Assembly: GCA_028716165.1 (NCBI GenBank)
Contig: JAQUQI010000002.1
Location: forward strand, 183,829-247,828
Origin: Candidatus Omnitrophota bacterium
GTDB lineage: Bacteria > Omnitrophota > Gorgyraeia > JABMRG01
Direction: 5' to 3'
Length of the DNA stretch: 64,000 bases
The notes under the pieces were generated by a model that was given only the letters and a program-made list of their open reading frames with translations, ran no database searches and was not told where the DNA came from. The translations under genes were made by a program, and so were the position numbers. Shown here one piece after another: positions 9,397 through 19,236 of this stretch (within the stretch, counting starts at the first letter, position 1; each line of letters starts with the position of its first letter).

Positions 9397-10580
9397 GCGT
9401 CACATCCTTTTGATTTAATGATTAGAAGCGCCCAGAACAGCAAAAGGCTTGAACATATTATCGCTCCATAATATTCAAACATTGCCTGGGCCGCTTTGCC
9501 GGCTATTGAATAACTTCCCGACGATGACAGCACGAACGAGGCAATCAGCAGAAAAAGAACCCCCCGCTCCTTAAAACCCCCTTTTAACAGATAATAAAAA
9601 ACTACTGTCAGGGGAAATACCATTGCCGCGAAGTTATGAAGCCAGGCATTGGGGTTAAAAAGCACCATGATTATAAAAAGCATGGCATAATCAACGCTCT
9701 GGATAAAAAGCGTTTTGCCGTTATTTTGCTTATCCTTCGGCGACGGTTTCAAGATTAAATAAAATGTCAATATGAAGATAACAACTGTTGCTATCAAGGC
9801 AGGCATCTCGTTTCCTGCCCCTGCCAGCCTTCTTGTTATGGTCCAAAGCGAATGGTTTTTAATATCAAGAAAAGACCCGCCGTCAAGAGATGTTGACGTG
9901 ATATGCGGAAGCCATTGCCCCAAAAGCGTGATATTGGCCTTAAAACCCGTGATAACCGACGGTAAAAAAGCGTAAAAGGCCATGGCCGCTATCACGGCGC
10001 ATGCCGCTTTTATTTTCTTTTTTGCCAAAAAATATAAAACAAACACAAATGGCATATACTTTATCATAACGGCAAAACCTATCAAGAAACCTGCCGCTAT
10101 ATCACGCCCGCGGCCTATAAGAAACAGCCCGTATAAAACCAAAAAGACTATTAAAATACCTACCTGGCCGCTGTGCAGGCAATGAAGAATTGACCTGAAT
10201 GATATCAAAAAAACCGCCGCGAAAACAAGATATTGGCGCCCTGAAGCCATTTTTTCAAAAAATATCATCCGGCGCGAGATCTCAAAGATCAAAAAAAGCC
10301 ATAACATGTTAAGGGTGAAAAATATTCCTGCCGAGACAGGTTTGCTAAATACCGATATAGGCGCCATAAATACCGCGAATACCGGAGCGTATTTAAAAGG
10401 GGTTATCTCATCGGCATTGTATTCATAGATACTTCTGCCTTCAAGCATGTCTTTTCCGGCGTCATAATATACGCGGTAATCCGAAAAACCTCTTTTTGGC
10501 GCGCGAACCTGATACTGGCATAGCAGTATCAGTGAAATCAACGCGAACACGGCAATATAGACTGCCCTATCTTTTTTCAT
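9393..10580 (-). CDS. Polytopic membrane protein, DUF2029/GT87-like putative glycosyltransferase
   Basis: 395 aa with multiple hydrophobic segments. The N-terminal region resembles DUF2029 mannosyltransferase-like proteins. Embedded between GT2 and radical SAM genes. Confidence 0.45.
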   Translation of the reverse strand: MKKDRAVYIAVFALISLILLCQYQVRAPKRGFSDYRVYYDAGKDMLEGRSIYEYNADEITPFKYAPVFAVFMAPISVFSKPVSAGIFFTLNMLWLFLIFEISRRMIFFEKMASGRQYLVFAAVFLISFRSILHCLHSGQVGILIVFLVLYGLFLIGRGRDIAAGFLIGFAVMIKYMPFVFVLYFLAKKKIKAACAVIAAMAFYAFLPSVITGFKANITLLGQWLPHITSTSLDGGSFLDIKNHSLWTITRRLAGAGNEMPALIATVVIFILTFYLILKPSPKDKQNNGKTLFIQSVDYAMLFIIMVLFNPNAWLHNFAAMVFPLTVVFYYLLKGGFKERGVLFLLIASFVLSSSGSYSIAGKAAQAMFEYYGAIICSSLLLFWALLIIKSKGCDA

Positions 10581-11304
10581 ATTGGCCTGTAATTGCCCTA
10601 ATTTTAATGATGAAAAGCCCCAAAAGCATTCTTAATGAATCTCTGATAACCCTTATCTTGGAATCTCTCCTGTTCAGCCATACCACAGGGACCGGCTTTA
10701 CGGCATAGCCCAAAAGGCCGGCAAGATACAAAATCTCTACATCAAAACAAAAACCCATATGCTTTTGCATTTTAAAAATGTCATGCGCCGCCCTCCGGGT
10801 AAATAGTTTGAATCCGCATTGGGTATCATGAAATTTTGTCAGGCCAAGCAGGCGCGTAATAAAATTAAAGACCCTTCCCATGCCGCGCCTCATAACAGTC
10901 TGGTTCAATATTACAGACCCTTTTGCCGTCCTTTCGCCGATAATAATGTCATAATTATCGGCCGTCAAGGCAAGCATCTTGTCAAGCTCTTCAATGGGGG
11001 TTGAAAGATCGGCATCACAAAAGGCGATATAATCCCCAGACGCGGCAAGCATACCGCAATTAACGCTAAAACCTTTACCCTTATTGACCGGGCTTGATAT
11101 GGCCCTTATCTGACAAAATCTACGCGCTAAATCCGCCACGATAACTCCGGTTTTATCGGAGCTGGCATCATTAACAACTATTATTTCAAAAGTAATTTTC
11201 TTGGCGGTAAAATACGCCAGTATTTTTTTTAAGTTTTGGGCAATTACCTTTTCTTCATTATATGCCGGTATTACCAGCGAAATGGATATACGATCGGTTG
11301 TCAT
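10567..11304 (-). CDS. GT2 family glycosyltransferase (polyprenol-phosphate sugar transferase-like)
   Basis: 245 aa. LVIPAYNEE...VNDASSD...CDADL motifs of GT2 / dolichol-P-mannose-synthase-like enzymes. Confidence 0.7.
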   Translation of the reverse strand: MTTDRISISLVIPAYNEEKVIAQNLKKILAYFTAKKITFEIIVVNDASSDKTGVIVADLARRFCQIRAISSPVNKGKGFSVNCGMLAASGDYIAFCDADLSTPIEELDKMLALTADNYDIIIGERTAKGSVILNQTVMRRGMGRVFNFITRLLGLTKFHDTQCGFKLFTRRAAHDIFKMQKHMGFCFDVEILYLAGLLGYAVKPVPVVWLNRRDSKIRVIRDSLRMLLGLFIIKIRAITGQYEKR

Positions 11305-11321
11305 TTTTTTAAGATGATTTT

Positions 11322-11924
11322 TTAAAGCCTGTTTTTTGACCCCGGCCGATACGCGCCGCGGCTGTCTTTGCCGCCCATATCATCATCACGGGTATATTCT
11401 TTACGGTTTCTCCACGTATCGTATATCATAATCAGCGCCTTCGTACTGCCGGTATCCATTACCCATTTTATGCCGCATATGCCGGAAACAAGCAGTAATT
11501 GCATAAAATATTTTTTAAATGCAAATGATAATGCCAAAAAAATACAACCTATAACCATAAAACTATTGCGTTTTAAGAAAGCCTTAAGACGGCCTCCCTT
11601 ATTTGCCCGGGCCAGTCCGGCCGCCCGTTTTCTGGCCAAGACCGAAGGCGCGGACAGGCCATAGACAGGGTAATCTTCTCCGTTAAGCGCCTTAAGGCTT
11701 ATGGCGACGGTATTAAAACATTTGGCGCAGGAGAGAACATGCTCCGATATCCTTTCCCGGACTTCAGGCGCCATATTATTACTGATGAAATCCGCCATTT
11801 CAATATCGCTTGGGCAGGGGCCGGCATCCTTTTGGCATCGCGCAGGTAAAAAAGATTTTCGTAAAATGTCTTCTGCCTTGCGGTTTATCTCTTCGCTGTC
11901 ATATCCCATAACCTTTTTCCTCAA
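11322..11924 (-). CDS. Putative zinc-finger (zf-HC2-like) anti-sigma factor with one transmembrane segment
   Basis: 200 aa. HVLSCAKCF motif and a TM segment (FMVIGCIFLALSFAF). Immediately downstream of, and overlapping, an ECF sigma gene. Confidence 0.5.
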   Translation of the reverse strand: MRKKVMGYDSEEINRKAEDILRKSFLPARCQKDAGPCPSDIEMADFISNNMAPEVRERISEHVLSCAKCFNTVAISLKALNGEDYPVYGLSAPSVLARKRAAGLARANKGGRLKAFLKRNSFMVIGCIFLALSFAFKKYFMQLLLVSGICGIKWVMDTGSTKALIMIYDTWRNRKEYTRDDDMGGKDSRGAYRPGSKNRL

Positions 11925-12492
11925 GCCTTTGCCGCAGGGCCTGTTTTAAGCGCGATATTATCGTTGAGACCGTATTAACGGGAATACCCATTATAAACGC
12001 TATTTCGCGGTGTTTCAATTGATGCACAAGCTCAAGGCTCATTACGCGCTGTTCCTTTTCGGTAAGGCCTTTTATGAATTCATTGATGGTTTCGCTAAGG
12101 CAATTATCTTCCGCGATATCCCTGGGCCCAATGCCAGGCCGAGGCTGATAAAGCTGGTTTTGCCGCCATGCCTGTTTAGTATTATCCTGGTGTATGTTTT
12201 CCCTGAAAAAATCTATCGTAGCATGTTGAGCAATTACCGTAAGGTATGCCGGGATGGACTTGGCCTTTGCTATGCGCTCAAGCGATTTCCTGCGCCAGAT
12301 ATTGGTAAACGTTTGCTGGTATATCTCATCTGCGTCATCCGACGACAGCCGCATAAAAAGAGACAATGCCTTGTGCCTTATGGCCCTGTTGACCAATGGG
12401 GTAAACATCTCAACAAACAAAGCCCAGGCATTATTATCTCCCTGCGCGCAAAGCCTGAAAATCTGCTCAAGGTCTTTTGTCTCATCAGGCAT
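11899..12492 (-). CDS. ECF-type sigma-70 family RNA polymerase sigma factor
   Basis: 197 aa. Region 2 (FFRENI...) and region 4 (HREIAFIMGIPVNTVSTIISRL) recognisable. 26-nt overlap with the anti-sigma gene. Confidence 0.7.
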   Translation of the reverse strand: MPDETKDLEQIFRLCAQGDNNAWALFVEMFTPLVNRAIRHKALSLFMRLSSDDADEIYQQTFTNIWRRKSLERIAKAKSIPAYLTVIAQHATIDFFRENIHQDNTKQAWRQNQLYQPRPGIGPRDIAEDNCLSETINEFIKGLTEKEQRVMSLELVHQLKHREIAFIMGIPVNTVSTIISRLKQALRQRLEEKGYGI

Positions 12493-12527
12493 AACCCGCC
12501 TCTTTCTTTACAGCGCGAGGCCGGGGG

Positions 12528-12767
12528 TTATTCAGCGAGTAGGTTGTTTTTTCTTAAGGCCTCTTCCAGGCTCATCACAGCCTTCTTAAACTGCGGGAAC
12601 AGTTCAATGTTCAAAGAAAGGCCTTTTGCCGTCGGTACCTTTGAACCGGCCTCTTTTGAATCAACCCAGACCCTAAGGTCTATAAGGTCAAAACCCTTAT
12701 ATTCTTTTATGCCTATTCTTATCTCCTCAAACTTATTCTTATTAAACGTGGCGATTGTTTCATTCAT
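12528..12767 (-). CDS. PC4/p15-like (YdbC-like) ssDNA-binding domain protein
   Basis: 79 aa. FEEIRIGIKEYKGFDLIDLRVW resembles the bacterial PC4-like family. Tentative. Confidence 0.4.
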   Translation of the reverse strand: MNETIATFNKNKFEEIRIGIKEYKGFDLIDLRVWVDSKEAGSKVPTAKGLSLNIELFPQFKKAVMSLEEALRKNNLLAE

Positions 12768-12789
12768 ACCTTACCTCCTTATTTATATA

Positions 12790-13263
12790 TTACCTTGCGA
12801 TCTCATTTAAAAAATTATTTAATACAACCCTGTCCTGATCGCTGATTTTTAAAAATCTGATACCGGCATTGAATACGCGCTCAATGCCGTTTTCGCCTTG
12901 CTGTATTTCATTGACCCAGACAGTCTCACCGGTAAGCCTGATATATCTGTTGTCCGGAATACCAATCTCCAGCTCAACTATTCCGCCCTGGGGTATCATT
13001 TCCGGGACAGACAGGCATATGCCCTCTCCCGAAACGTTTTTTGTAAAGGTTTTATAGGTGTATCCGGATTTACCCGGTATATTGCAATTCACATTAAGCT
13101 CTTTTTTAAACCTGCGGAACCTCCTTTTTTCTTCCGAATCATCCCAATAGCCGCCGAGTGTTGCTTTTACCTGAGAAAAATTTCTGACCCGTTGGCGCCA
13201 AAGCAAAAAAATAACGCTTGAAAATGTAATTACAATAACAAGAAATGAAAGGATATTTCTCAT
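12790..13263 (-). CDS. Membrane-anchored PilZ domain protein (c-di-GMP receptor candidate)
   Basis: 157 aa. N-terminal TM helix, RRFRR (RxxxR) and NVSGEG (D/NxSxxG) PilZ motifs. Confidence 0.6.
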   Translation of the reverse strand: MRNILSFLVIVITFSSVIFLLWRQRVRNFSQVKATLGGYWDDSEEKRRFRRFKKELNVNCNIPGKSGYTYKTFTKNVSGEGICLSVPEMIPQGGIVELEIGIPDNRYIRLTGETVWVNEIQQGENGIERVFNAGIRFLKISDQDRVVLNNFLNEIAR

Positions 13264-13598
13264 TCCGCGTCCTTTTCCTTGTAGCCTACAAGCGCGCGGC
13301 CTGCGAATATCAGGTTGTCGCCTTTAACGAGCATCTTAGGCTCTATTTCAATGACAGGCAGTTTTCTGCCGGCATAGACCCATTCTTCTTTAACAAGGCC
13401 TACTTCGTCATGGCCTAAATCTTTAATATACTCCGGCTCTCCCCACTGCTCGCGGACATAGTCCTTGCTGTCGCCTAAATGCAGAGGTGAGGCGCCGCTC
13501 CATGGCGGAATAAAACGCTGTGGCGAAGGAGCTTCCAAACCGGCGCATCCCGTAAATACCAGCAACCCTAATAGAAGGCACGTATATAAAGTTTTCAT
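13260..13598 (-). CDS. Hypothetical lipoprotein
   Basis: 112 aa. MKTLYTCLLLGLLVFTGCAG lipobox. Confidence 0.45.
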   Translation of the reverse strand: MKTLYTCLLLGLLVFTGCAGLEAPSPQRFIPPWSGASPLHLGDSKDYVREQWGEPEYIKDLGHDEVGLVKEEWVYAGRKLPVIEIEPKMLVKGDNLIFAGRALVGYKEKDAE

Positions 13599-13704
13599 TA
13601 ATTACCCCTTTCTATTTATACTAATTATAATACTATACATATAGGAGTGTCAATTGATTAGTAGTATTAAATTCAATTTAAAATAAACGTCTAAGGCGCG
13701 GAGG

Positions 13705-14076
13705 AAGGATACAGTACTGATTTTACTCCCAGATCCTTCGCTAACGACTCTTGTCTCGCCGGTTCCGCTCAGGATGACATAAGGGTCACCCCCAGATCCT
13801 TCGCGACCGAGGCGTGCTTTGCTTGGCTGTCGCTCTGGATGACAGGCAAAGAACGCCTGTCATTCCGGGCGCTCCACTCTGTCATTGGGAGCGCCTCGCT
13901 TGTCATTCAGAGGAGCGCCGAAGGCGCGACGAAGAATCTAGTACTCATTTCACTTCCAGATCCTTCGCTAACGAAACTTGCTTCGCCGTTCCCGCTCAGG
14001 ATGACAGGCAAAGTACGCCTGTCATTCCGAGCGAAGCGAGGAATCTAATACTCTCACTCCGAACGGCACATACGGA
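13705..14076. repeat. Mosaic repeat array 5 (forward-orientation modules, ends with CTCACTCCGAACGGCACATACGG)
   Basis: Direct reading. ORFs 13814..14152 and 13839..14048 are repeat-derived. Confidence 0.85.
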
Positions 14077-14131
14077 TTACTTCGGATGGCATAGTACGAA
14101 GGATGCCTTAAAACAGGACATTTGCAACAAC

Positions 14132-14170
14132 AAAAAAGAACCCCCGGATTGACCCGGGGGTTCTTTTTAT
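14132..14170. terminator. Bidirectional Rho-independent terminator (GAACCCCCGG-attgac-CCGGGGGTTC, A-run upstream and T-run downstream)
   Basis: Perfect 10-bp GC-rich stem at 14138-14147/14154-14163, flanked by AAAAAA (14132-14137) and TTTTTAT (14164-14170). Lies 22 nt downstream of the OMP gene (minus strand). Confidence 0.75.
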
Positions 14171-14191
14171 ATCTAACTTCTAAGAAATTTA

Positions 14192-15502
14192 TTAGAAGTC
14201 TACTGATACACCTGCGATTATCTGTGAAGCTGCTTTGTTATCAGGTGACTTGTAGTACTTACCTGGCCAGAATACGCCACCCATAACATTGAATTCCACA
14301 TCTTCTGTGTAATCATAAGCGACCTTACCATCAATTTCATGGCCAAGCCTCTTGCTTTCATCGCCTGATGAAGTCAGCTTCTGATCATGCCACAGATATG
14401 TCCACCTTGCGTCCATTGTGATATCTGTCATAGGCGCAATTGAACCGAATAGTGCGATTGACTGCTGGTTTGTCATGCCATAATCATTGGCTGCAGCAAT
14501 ACTACCGCCCTGTGTGGCAAGTTTTGTAATATTTCTGAAATCAGAAATATAGCTGTCAAACTTACCTCTGAAGAGAGGATCCCAGGCTTCGTATTTGTTT
14601 GTACCTTCCTTATCACCGGAAAGCCATGTCCACTCTGCTCCGACCTTCGGTGTCCATTTTACATCAGCAAATGTGTAATCAATACCAGCATCAACCGCAC
14701 CGGCCTTGCGTGTTTCGTTAACCGATGATGTGCGATATTCGCCGCACTGATAAGCACCTTCTGCCCATAGATTCATGTTGTCAAAGGGAACCAAACTGCC
14801 TCTCAAACCGATAGTATGGAGGTTATTGGTCTTGCCCGTTATGGTGCGGTTCTGCTTGTCGTGAACATATATATAATAGGCTTCAGCTTCAGCGTCATAT
14901 TTTGTAAAATCATAGCCTACGTTCGCGACATAAAGATTCCTATCTTCATATGAAGCAACGTCATCTTCAATGATCTTGGAATAGATCAAATCAACTGTCC
15001 AGGGATCATAGTCTAATGTGGCTCTGACAGCATCAAATGCTGTTAAGTCGCTTAATTCCCTAACTGTTGAAGGCAGTGATCCTAATGCCCACTGCGAAAC
15101 GCCGGCATTACCGATCACAAAACCCTTACCAAGCCAAATATTCTGACGGCCAAGTTTAACGGTTAAAGGAGCATAAAGCATTTCCTTTAATGTTACGTAG
15201 GCCTCATCCAACATGATGTCAAAATTTGTGCTTGATGAATTGATACCGTCCCAATCCCTTTCATTAATCAGACGAACGTATGTTGATACATTGTCTGTTA
15301 AGTCTGCTTCTACATTTAAACCGACCTGCTGAACAAAGAAGTTCTGGTTATTCTTGTCGTTGTCTGTGTAATCAAGGTTCTTCTGATACACATAAGCGGC
15401 TTTGATGTCACCAGATACTTTAATATTCTGTGTTTCAGCAAATGCCGGAACAGCAAAAGCAACTACTAATGCTGCTACGCATAATACTGTGAATAATCTC
15501 AT
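14192..15502 (-). CDS. Outer-membrane beta-barrel protein (putative porin)
   Basis: 436 aa. Cleavable signal peptide ending AFA. Alternating amphipathic strands rich in Y/G/T/N. C-terminal residue Phe (…GVSVDF), typical of OMPs. Confidence 0.6.
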   Translation of the reverse strand: MRLFTVLCVAALVVAFAVPAFAETQNIKVSGDIKAAYVYQKNLDYTDNDKNNQNFFVQQVGLNVEADLTDNVSTYVRLINERDWDGINSSSTNFDIMLDEAYVTLKEMLYAPLTVKLGRQNIWLGKGFVIGNAGVSQWALGSLPSTVRELSDLTAFDAVRATLDYDPWTVDLIYSKIIEDDVASYEDRNLYVANVGYDFTKYDAEAEAYYIYVHDKQNRTITGKTNNLHTIGLRGSLVPFDNMNLWAEGAYQCGEYRTSSVNETRKAGAVDAGIDYTFADVKWTPKVGAEWTWLSGDKEGTNKYEAWDPLFRGKFDSYISDFRNITKLATQGGSIAAANDYGMTNQQSIALFGSIAPMTDITMDARWTYLWHDQKLTSSGDESKRLGHEIDGKVAYDYTEDVEFNVMGGVFWPGKYYKSPDNKAASQIIAGVSVDF

Positions 15503-15758
15503 TCGTGAATCTCCTTGTTTTTATTTTAAATGGGCACTATGTTATCTAACTTAGGCCCTTATTGTTTGCTATATTACTCACCATATATTTGATGACCCTG
15601 CGGCTTTTTGAGTTCACCCCTTTCTTTGCCTTATTCAGATCATCTATGGCGTCTGAGCCGTTTTAAATTACTTTAATAATAACAAACAAAGCGCGTTGTG
15701 TCAATAATTATATTCATTAATATATAACATATTTAGCGCGGCAATATCTACAAAACCC

Positions 15759-16214
15759 CTATTCTTTTTTAATGGGTTTATACGTAGCCGCTCTACCGGC
15801 TTTCGGGGCAACGGAAATTGTAAGCAATGTGCTCATGCCTGAAGGTTCAATGAGTATTGTGCAATTCTGGTCGTCTCTTTCAAAACTCATTATACGCTTG
15901 CCATATTCAACTATATTAACAAAGTGCCAATTGTAAAGCGGCATTTGGTCTTTATAAAATGTCACTGTCTGGTCAGGATTGATCCTGCCGGAAAATTTCA
16001 GGATACCAACACGCAAAGCATCATTTTCAAAGGTAAAGGATTGCTGGCCGATAATTTTGAATCCTGTAGGCACGGGCACATCCTCAAATTTCAAGGCAGT
16101 AGCAACATCAAGGCTCTTATAGGCAGTACTGTCACTGCTTTTATAGGAACCTGAACTCGCGCAACCGGAAAAAAGAATTGCCGCAACTGCCAATAACGCG
16201 ATATGCTTTATCAT
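15759..16214 (-). CDS. Hypothetical lipoprotein
   Basis: 151 aa. MIKHIALLAVAAILFSGCAS lipobox. Confidence 0.45.
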   Translation of the reverse strand: MIKHIALLAVAAILFSGCASSGSYKSSDSTAYKSLDVATALKFEDVPVPTGFKIIGQQSFTFENDALRVGILKFSGRINPDQTVTFYKDQMPLYNWHFVNIVEYGKRIMSFERDDQNCTILIEPSGMSTLLTISVAPKAGRAATYKPIKKE

Positions 16215-16304
16215 TTACGATCCCTCCCTTTTTATCTAATAATATAAAATATCCAACGAATTGTCAACAGCATAATTGGATAAATGCCTAACGTTTATTA
16301 TTTC

Positions 16305-16630
16305 AAGCGGCTCTGTCATTGGGAGCAAAGCGAGGAATCCAGTACTCATTTCACGCCCAGATCCTTCGCGGCCGAGGCGTGCTTCGCCTTGTGCCGCTCT
16401 GGATGACAGGTGGGGTACTCCCAGATCCTTCGCGGCCGAGGCGTGCTTTGCTTGGCTGTCGCTCTGGATGACAGGTGGGGTACTCCCAGATCCTTCGCGG
16501 CCGAGGCGTGCTTCGCCTTGTGCCGCTCTGGATGACAGGCGAAGAACGCCTGTCATTCCGAGCAAAGCGAGGAATCTAATACTCGTCTCACTCCAGAAAT
16601 AGGACGCTTGCAATACTCGATACCCGCGAT
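16305..16630. repeat. Mosaic repeat array 6 (forward-orientation modules; module E in reverse, CAAATAGGACGC, at the right end)
   Basis: Direct reading. ORFs 16236..16613 and 16276..16602 are repeat-derived. Confidence 0.85.
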
Positions 16631-16631
16631 A

Positions 16632-17288
16632 CTATATGCCAAGCGCTTTATTCAATAAGCGCTCCTTATTGGCATCTATTGCGGCTATGTCTTTGGAAGA
16701 AAGCCCTGCAGACCTTGCTACGCGCGCGAATAATTGCCTGCTTGGCATATTGCGCGGTTCATGAAAATCGGTATTTATAACAAGAGAGGCTTTTGTATTG
16801 ACAGCTACCCGCGCGACATGACAATTACCCAGGCAATGCCCCTTTCTTGTAGTTATCTCAAGATAGACATTATTATTTTTAGCAAGCAGGCTATCCTCAA
16901 CAGAGATTTTTCCCGGATGAGCCAGGATATCAACCCCCGCCTCAATAGCCGCCCTGTTTGTGCCTTCAATAACCGGCTCAACAGGCGTTTGCCCATGGGC
17001 AACGATAATCTTCGCGCCGTTTTCTCTGGCATATTTTACCAAAGGAGCAAATTGTTCAAGCGGGATATGCGTAAGTTCTATGCCAGGTATAGCGCGTATT
17101 GCCCAGTATTTATTAATTTCCCGGCATACCTTAACAAGTGAAGCCACTATATTATCAATATTGGACGAATCGGCATGATCGGTAATGGCTATCGCGTCAA
17201 AACCCGCTACAGCATATCTACGTATAAGTTCGCTTGGCAATAAAACACCATCACTTAACAGGCTGTGCGAATGGAAATCAATCAGCAT
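16632..17288 (-). CDS. PHP domain (polymerase/histidinol-phosphatase-like) metal-dependent phosphoesterase
   Basis: 218 aa. N-terminal IDFHSHSLLSDG and downstream His/Asp ligand pattern of the PHP family. Confidence 0.65.
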   Translation of the reverse strand: MLIDFHSHSLLSDGVLLPSELIRRYAVAGFDAIAITDHADSSNIDNIVASLVKVCREINKYWAIRAIPGIELTHIPLEQFAPLVKYARENGAKIIVAHGQTPVEPVIEGTNRAAIEAGVDILAHPGKISVEDSLLAKNNNVYLEITTRKGHCLGNCHVARVAVNTKASLVINTDFHEPRNMPSRQLFARVARSAGLSSKDIAAIDANKERLLNKALGI

Positions 17289-18049
17289 GTCTTTTCGCTC
17301 TTTTCTTTAAGTTCCGCGTATTTCGCGTAGGCAAGTATCTGATAAAAACCGCCCATTAACGCAAGCATAAAGCCTGTAAAACCGTCCTTATAGCCTTGCT
17401 TGAGCACAAATGCCTTAATAAACCTATCTATAGTCTTGCGTATAGCCCGCGCCAGAGACATCTTTCTTTTATCGCGAAACCATTTCCTGGCCTCAAAATT
17501 GGTCTGATGGTTTACCTTACTAACCATATCAGCAATGTCCTTATAAGCCAAATGAATCAGCTCTCCTTTAAGGCGCATGCGTTTTCCTGCCATAACAGCC
17601 GGCGGATGATATTCTTCTTCTTTGTATCTGAATTCCGATTTTTTAAAAAGTTTTGTTTTGGCATTGGGATACCATCCGCCGTATTGTATCCAATACCCTC
17701 CTATATAGTTTCTGTGGGGAATATCGTATCCATTGTGCTTGAAACCGGATTCAATTAAAGAAATTATTTCTTGGGCTAATTCAGGCGTCACCCTTTCATC
17801 GCTGTCCAAGCTAAGTATATATTCATTTTTGGCCAAATCATAAGCAAAATTTCTGTGTATGCCTTCATTATCCCATTTCCGCTGACATATATTGGATGTG
17901 TATTTTTTCACAAGCTCAAGTGTATTATCTTTGCTAAAGTCATCCACAATAACAATATCATCACACCATATCACGCTATCAAGACAGTCAATAATCTTAT
18001 CAGCGGAATTCTTAGTCAATGTAACAACTGATAATGGGTATTTTTTCAT
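17282..18049 (-). CDS. GT2 family glycosyltransferase
   Basis: 255 aa. LSVVTLTKNSADKI...DDFSKD...LDSDE motifs. Confidence 0.65.
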   Translation of the reverse strand: MKKYPLSVVTLTKNSADKIIDCLDSVIWCDDIVIVDDFSKDNTLELVKKYTSNICQRKWDNEGIHRNFAYDLAKNEYILSLDSDERVTPELAQEIISLIESGFKHNGYDIPHRNYIGGYWIQYGGWYPNAKTKLFKKSEFRYKEEEYHPPAVMAGKRMRLKGELIHLAYKDIADMVSKVNHQTNFEARKWFRDKRKMSLARAIRKTIDRFIKAFVLKQGYKDGFTGFMLALMGGFYQILAYAKYAELKEKSEKTC

Positions 18050-18192
18050 AGTCCCTCTTATTTATGTTGCTGATTGTTCAATTAATGATACGGTTACAGC
18101 AAATAGCAACGATACGGTTCCGGACAGATTAAAAGATAAAAGCCAATATAATTTATGATACGGTTAGTGTATTAATTAAGAAAATTTCAAAT

Positions 18193-18618
18193 CACTTCCA
18201 GATCCTTCGCGGCCAACGCCTGCTCCGATTATTGCCGCTCTGGATGACATAAGGGTCACGTCCAGATCCTTCGCGGCTCACTCTTGCCCCGATTATCGCC
18301 GCTCTGGATGACAGGCGCATGACACTGGCCCCGCCCCCCGCTGCTCTGGATGACACGTGGGTTACCCCCTGTCATTCAGAGGAGCGCCGAAGGCGCGACG
18401 AAGAATCCAGTACTCATTTCACTCCCAGATCCTTCGCTAACGAAGCTTACCTCGCTGATACCGCTCTGGATGACACAGGGGTCACGTCCAGATCCTTCGC
18501 GGCTTACTCTGGCCTCGCAGCCTGCCGCTCTGGATGACACATGGGCAACGTCTGTCATTGGGAGCGAAGCGAGGGATCTAGTACTCTCACTTCAAACGAC
18601 AAGTACGAGTCACTCCAA
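18193..18618. repeat. Mosaic repeat array 7, abutting the 3' end of tRNA-Arg
   Basis: Direct reading. ORFs 18319..18537, 18350..18622 and 18376..18558 are repeat-derived. Confidence 0.85.
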
Positions 18619-18626
18619 TTAAAGAT

Positions 18627-18702
18627 GGTGCCCCTACCGCGACTCGAACACGGCCACATGGTTTAGGAAACCACTGCTCTATCCATCTGAGCTATAGGGG
18701 CA
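18627..18702 (-). tRNA. tRNA-Arg (anticodon CCU), with encoded 3' CCA
   Basis: Read from the minus strand: GCCCCTATAGCTCAGATGGATAGAGCAGTGGTTTCCTAAACCATGTGGCCGTGTTCGAGTCGCGGTAGGGGCACCA. The 7-bp acceptor stem GCCCCTA/TAGGGGC, D-arm GCTC/GAGC, anticodon loop TTCCTAA and T-arm GTTCGAGTC were folded by eye. Confidence 0.75.
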
Positions 18703-18717
18703 ATTAGAATCAAAATC

Positions 18718-19236
18718 TCAATATATTATTTGTGAAAAAACTTTATAGCCCTGCAATTTTTGCCTGCCGCATAGGTCGCTAAGCTCAATCGCGAATGCCA
18801 GCTCAACAATCTTGGCATTAAGGGTATTCACCAAATCGCATACTGCTTTGGCGGTCCCGCCTGTTGCCAAAAGGTCATCAACTATCAAAACACGCTCATT
18901 AGCTTTAAGGCCGTCTTCATGAATACACAGTGTATCCGTGCCGTATTCAAGCTCATATTGGACTGATACGGTTTTATATGGCAGTTTGCCTTTTTTACGA
19001 ACAGGCACAAAACCGGCGCCAAGTTTATAGGCAATCGCTCCGCCAAAAATAAAACCCCTGGCATCAATAGCAACTACCTTATCAATCGCGCTTTGGGCAT
19101 ATCGCGTGGCGAATACGTCAATAATATCTTTGAAGTTTTGGCCTCGCGATAAAAGGGTGGTAATATCCCTGAATATTATCCCTTCCTTTGGAAAATCTTT
19201 TATATCCCGTATCCATTGCTTAAAATCGTTTGTCAC
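18718..19236 (-). CDS. apt: Adenine phosphoribosyltransferase
   Basis: 172 aa. PRPP-binding motif VLIVDDLLATGGTA. Overall APRT length and pattern. Confidence 0.8.
   Translation of the reverse strand: MTNDFKQWIRDIKDFPKEGIIFRDITTLLSRGQNFKDIIDVFATRYAQSAIDKVVAIDARGFIFGGAIAYKLGAGFVPVRKKGKLPYKTVSVQYELEYGTDTLCIHEDGLKANERVLIVDDLLATGGTAKAVCDLVNTLNAKIVELAFAIELSDLCGRQKLQGYKVFSQIIY

Noticed and set aside
12010-12810. 266-aa plus-strand ORF
   Set aside because: It is antisense to the well-supported ECF sigma gene and PC4-like gene, with no motifs. It is a typical shadow ORF in a moderately GC-rich coding region.
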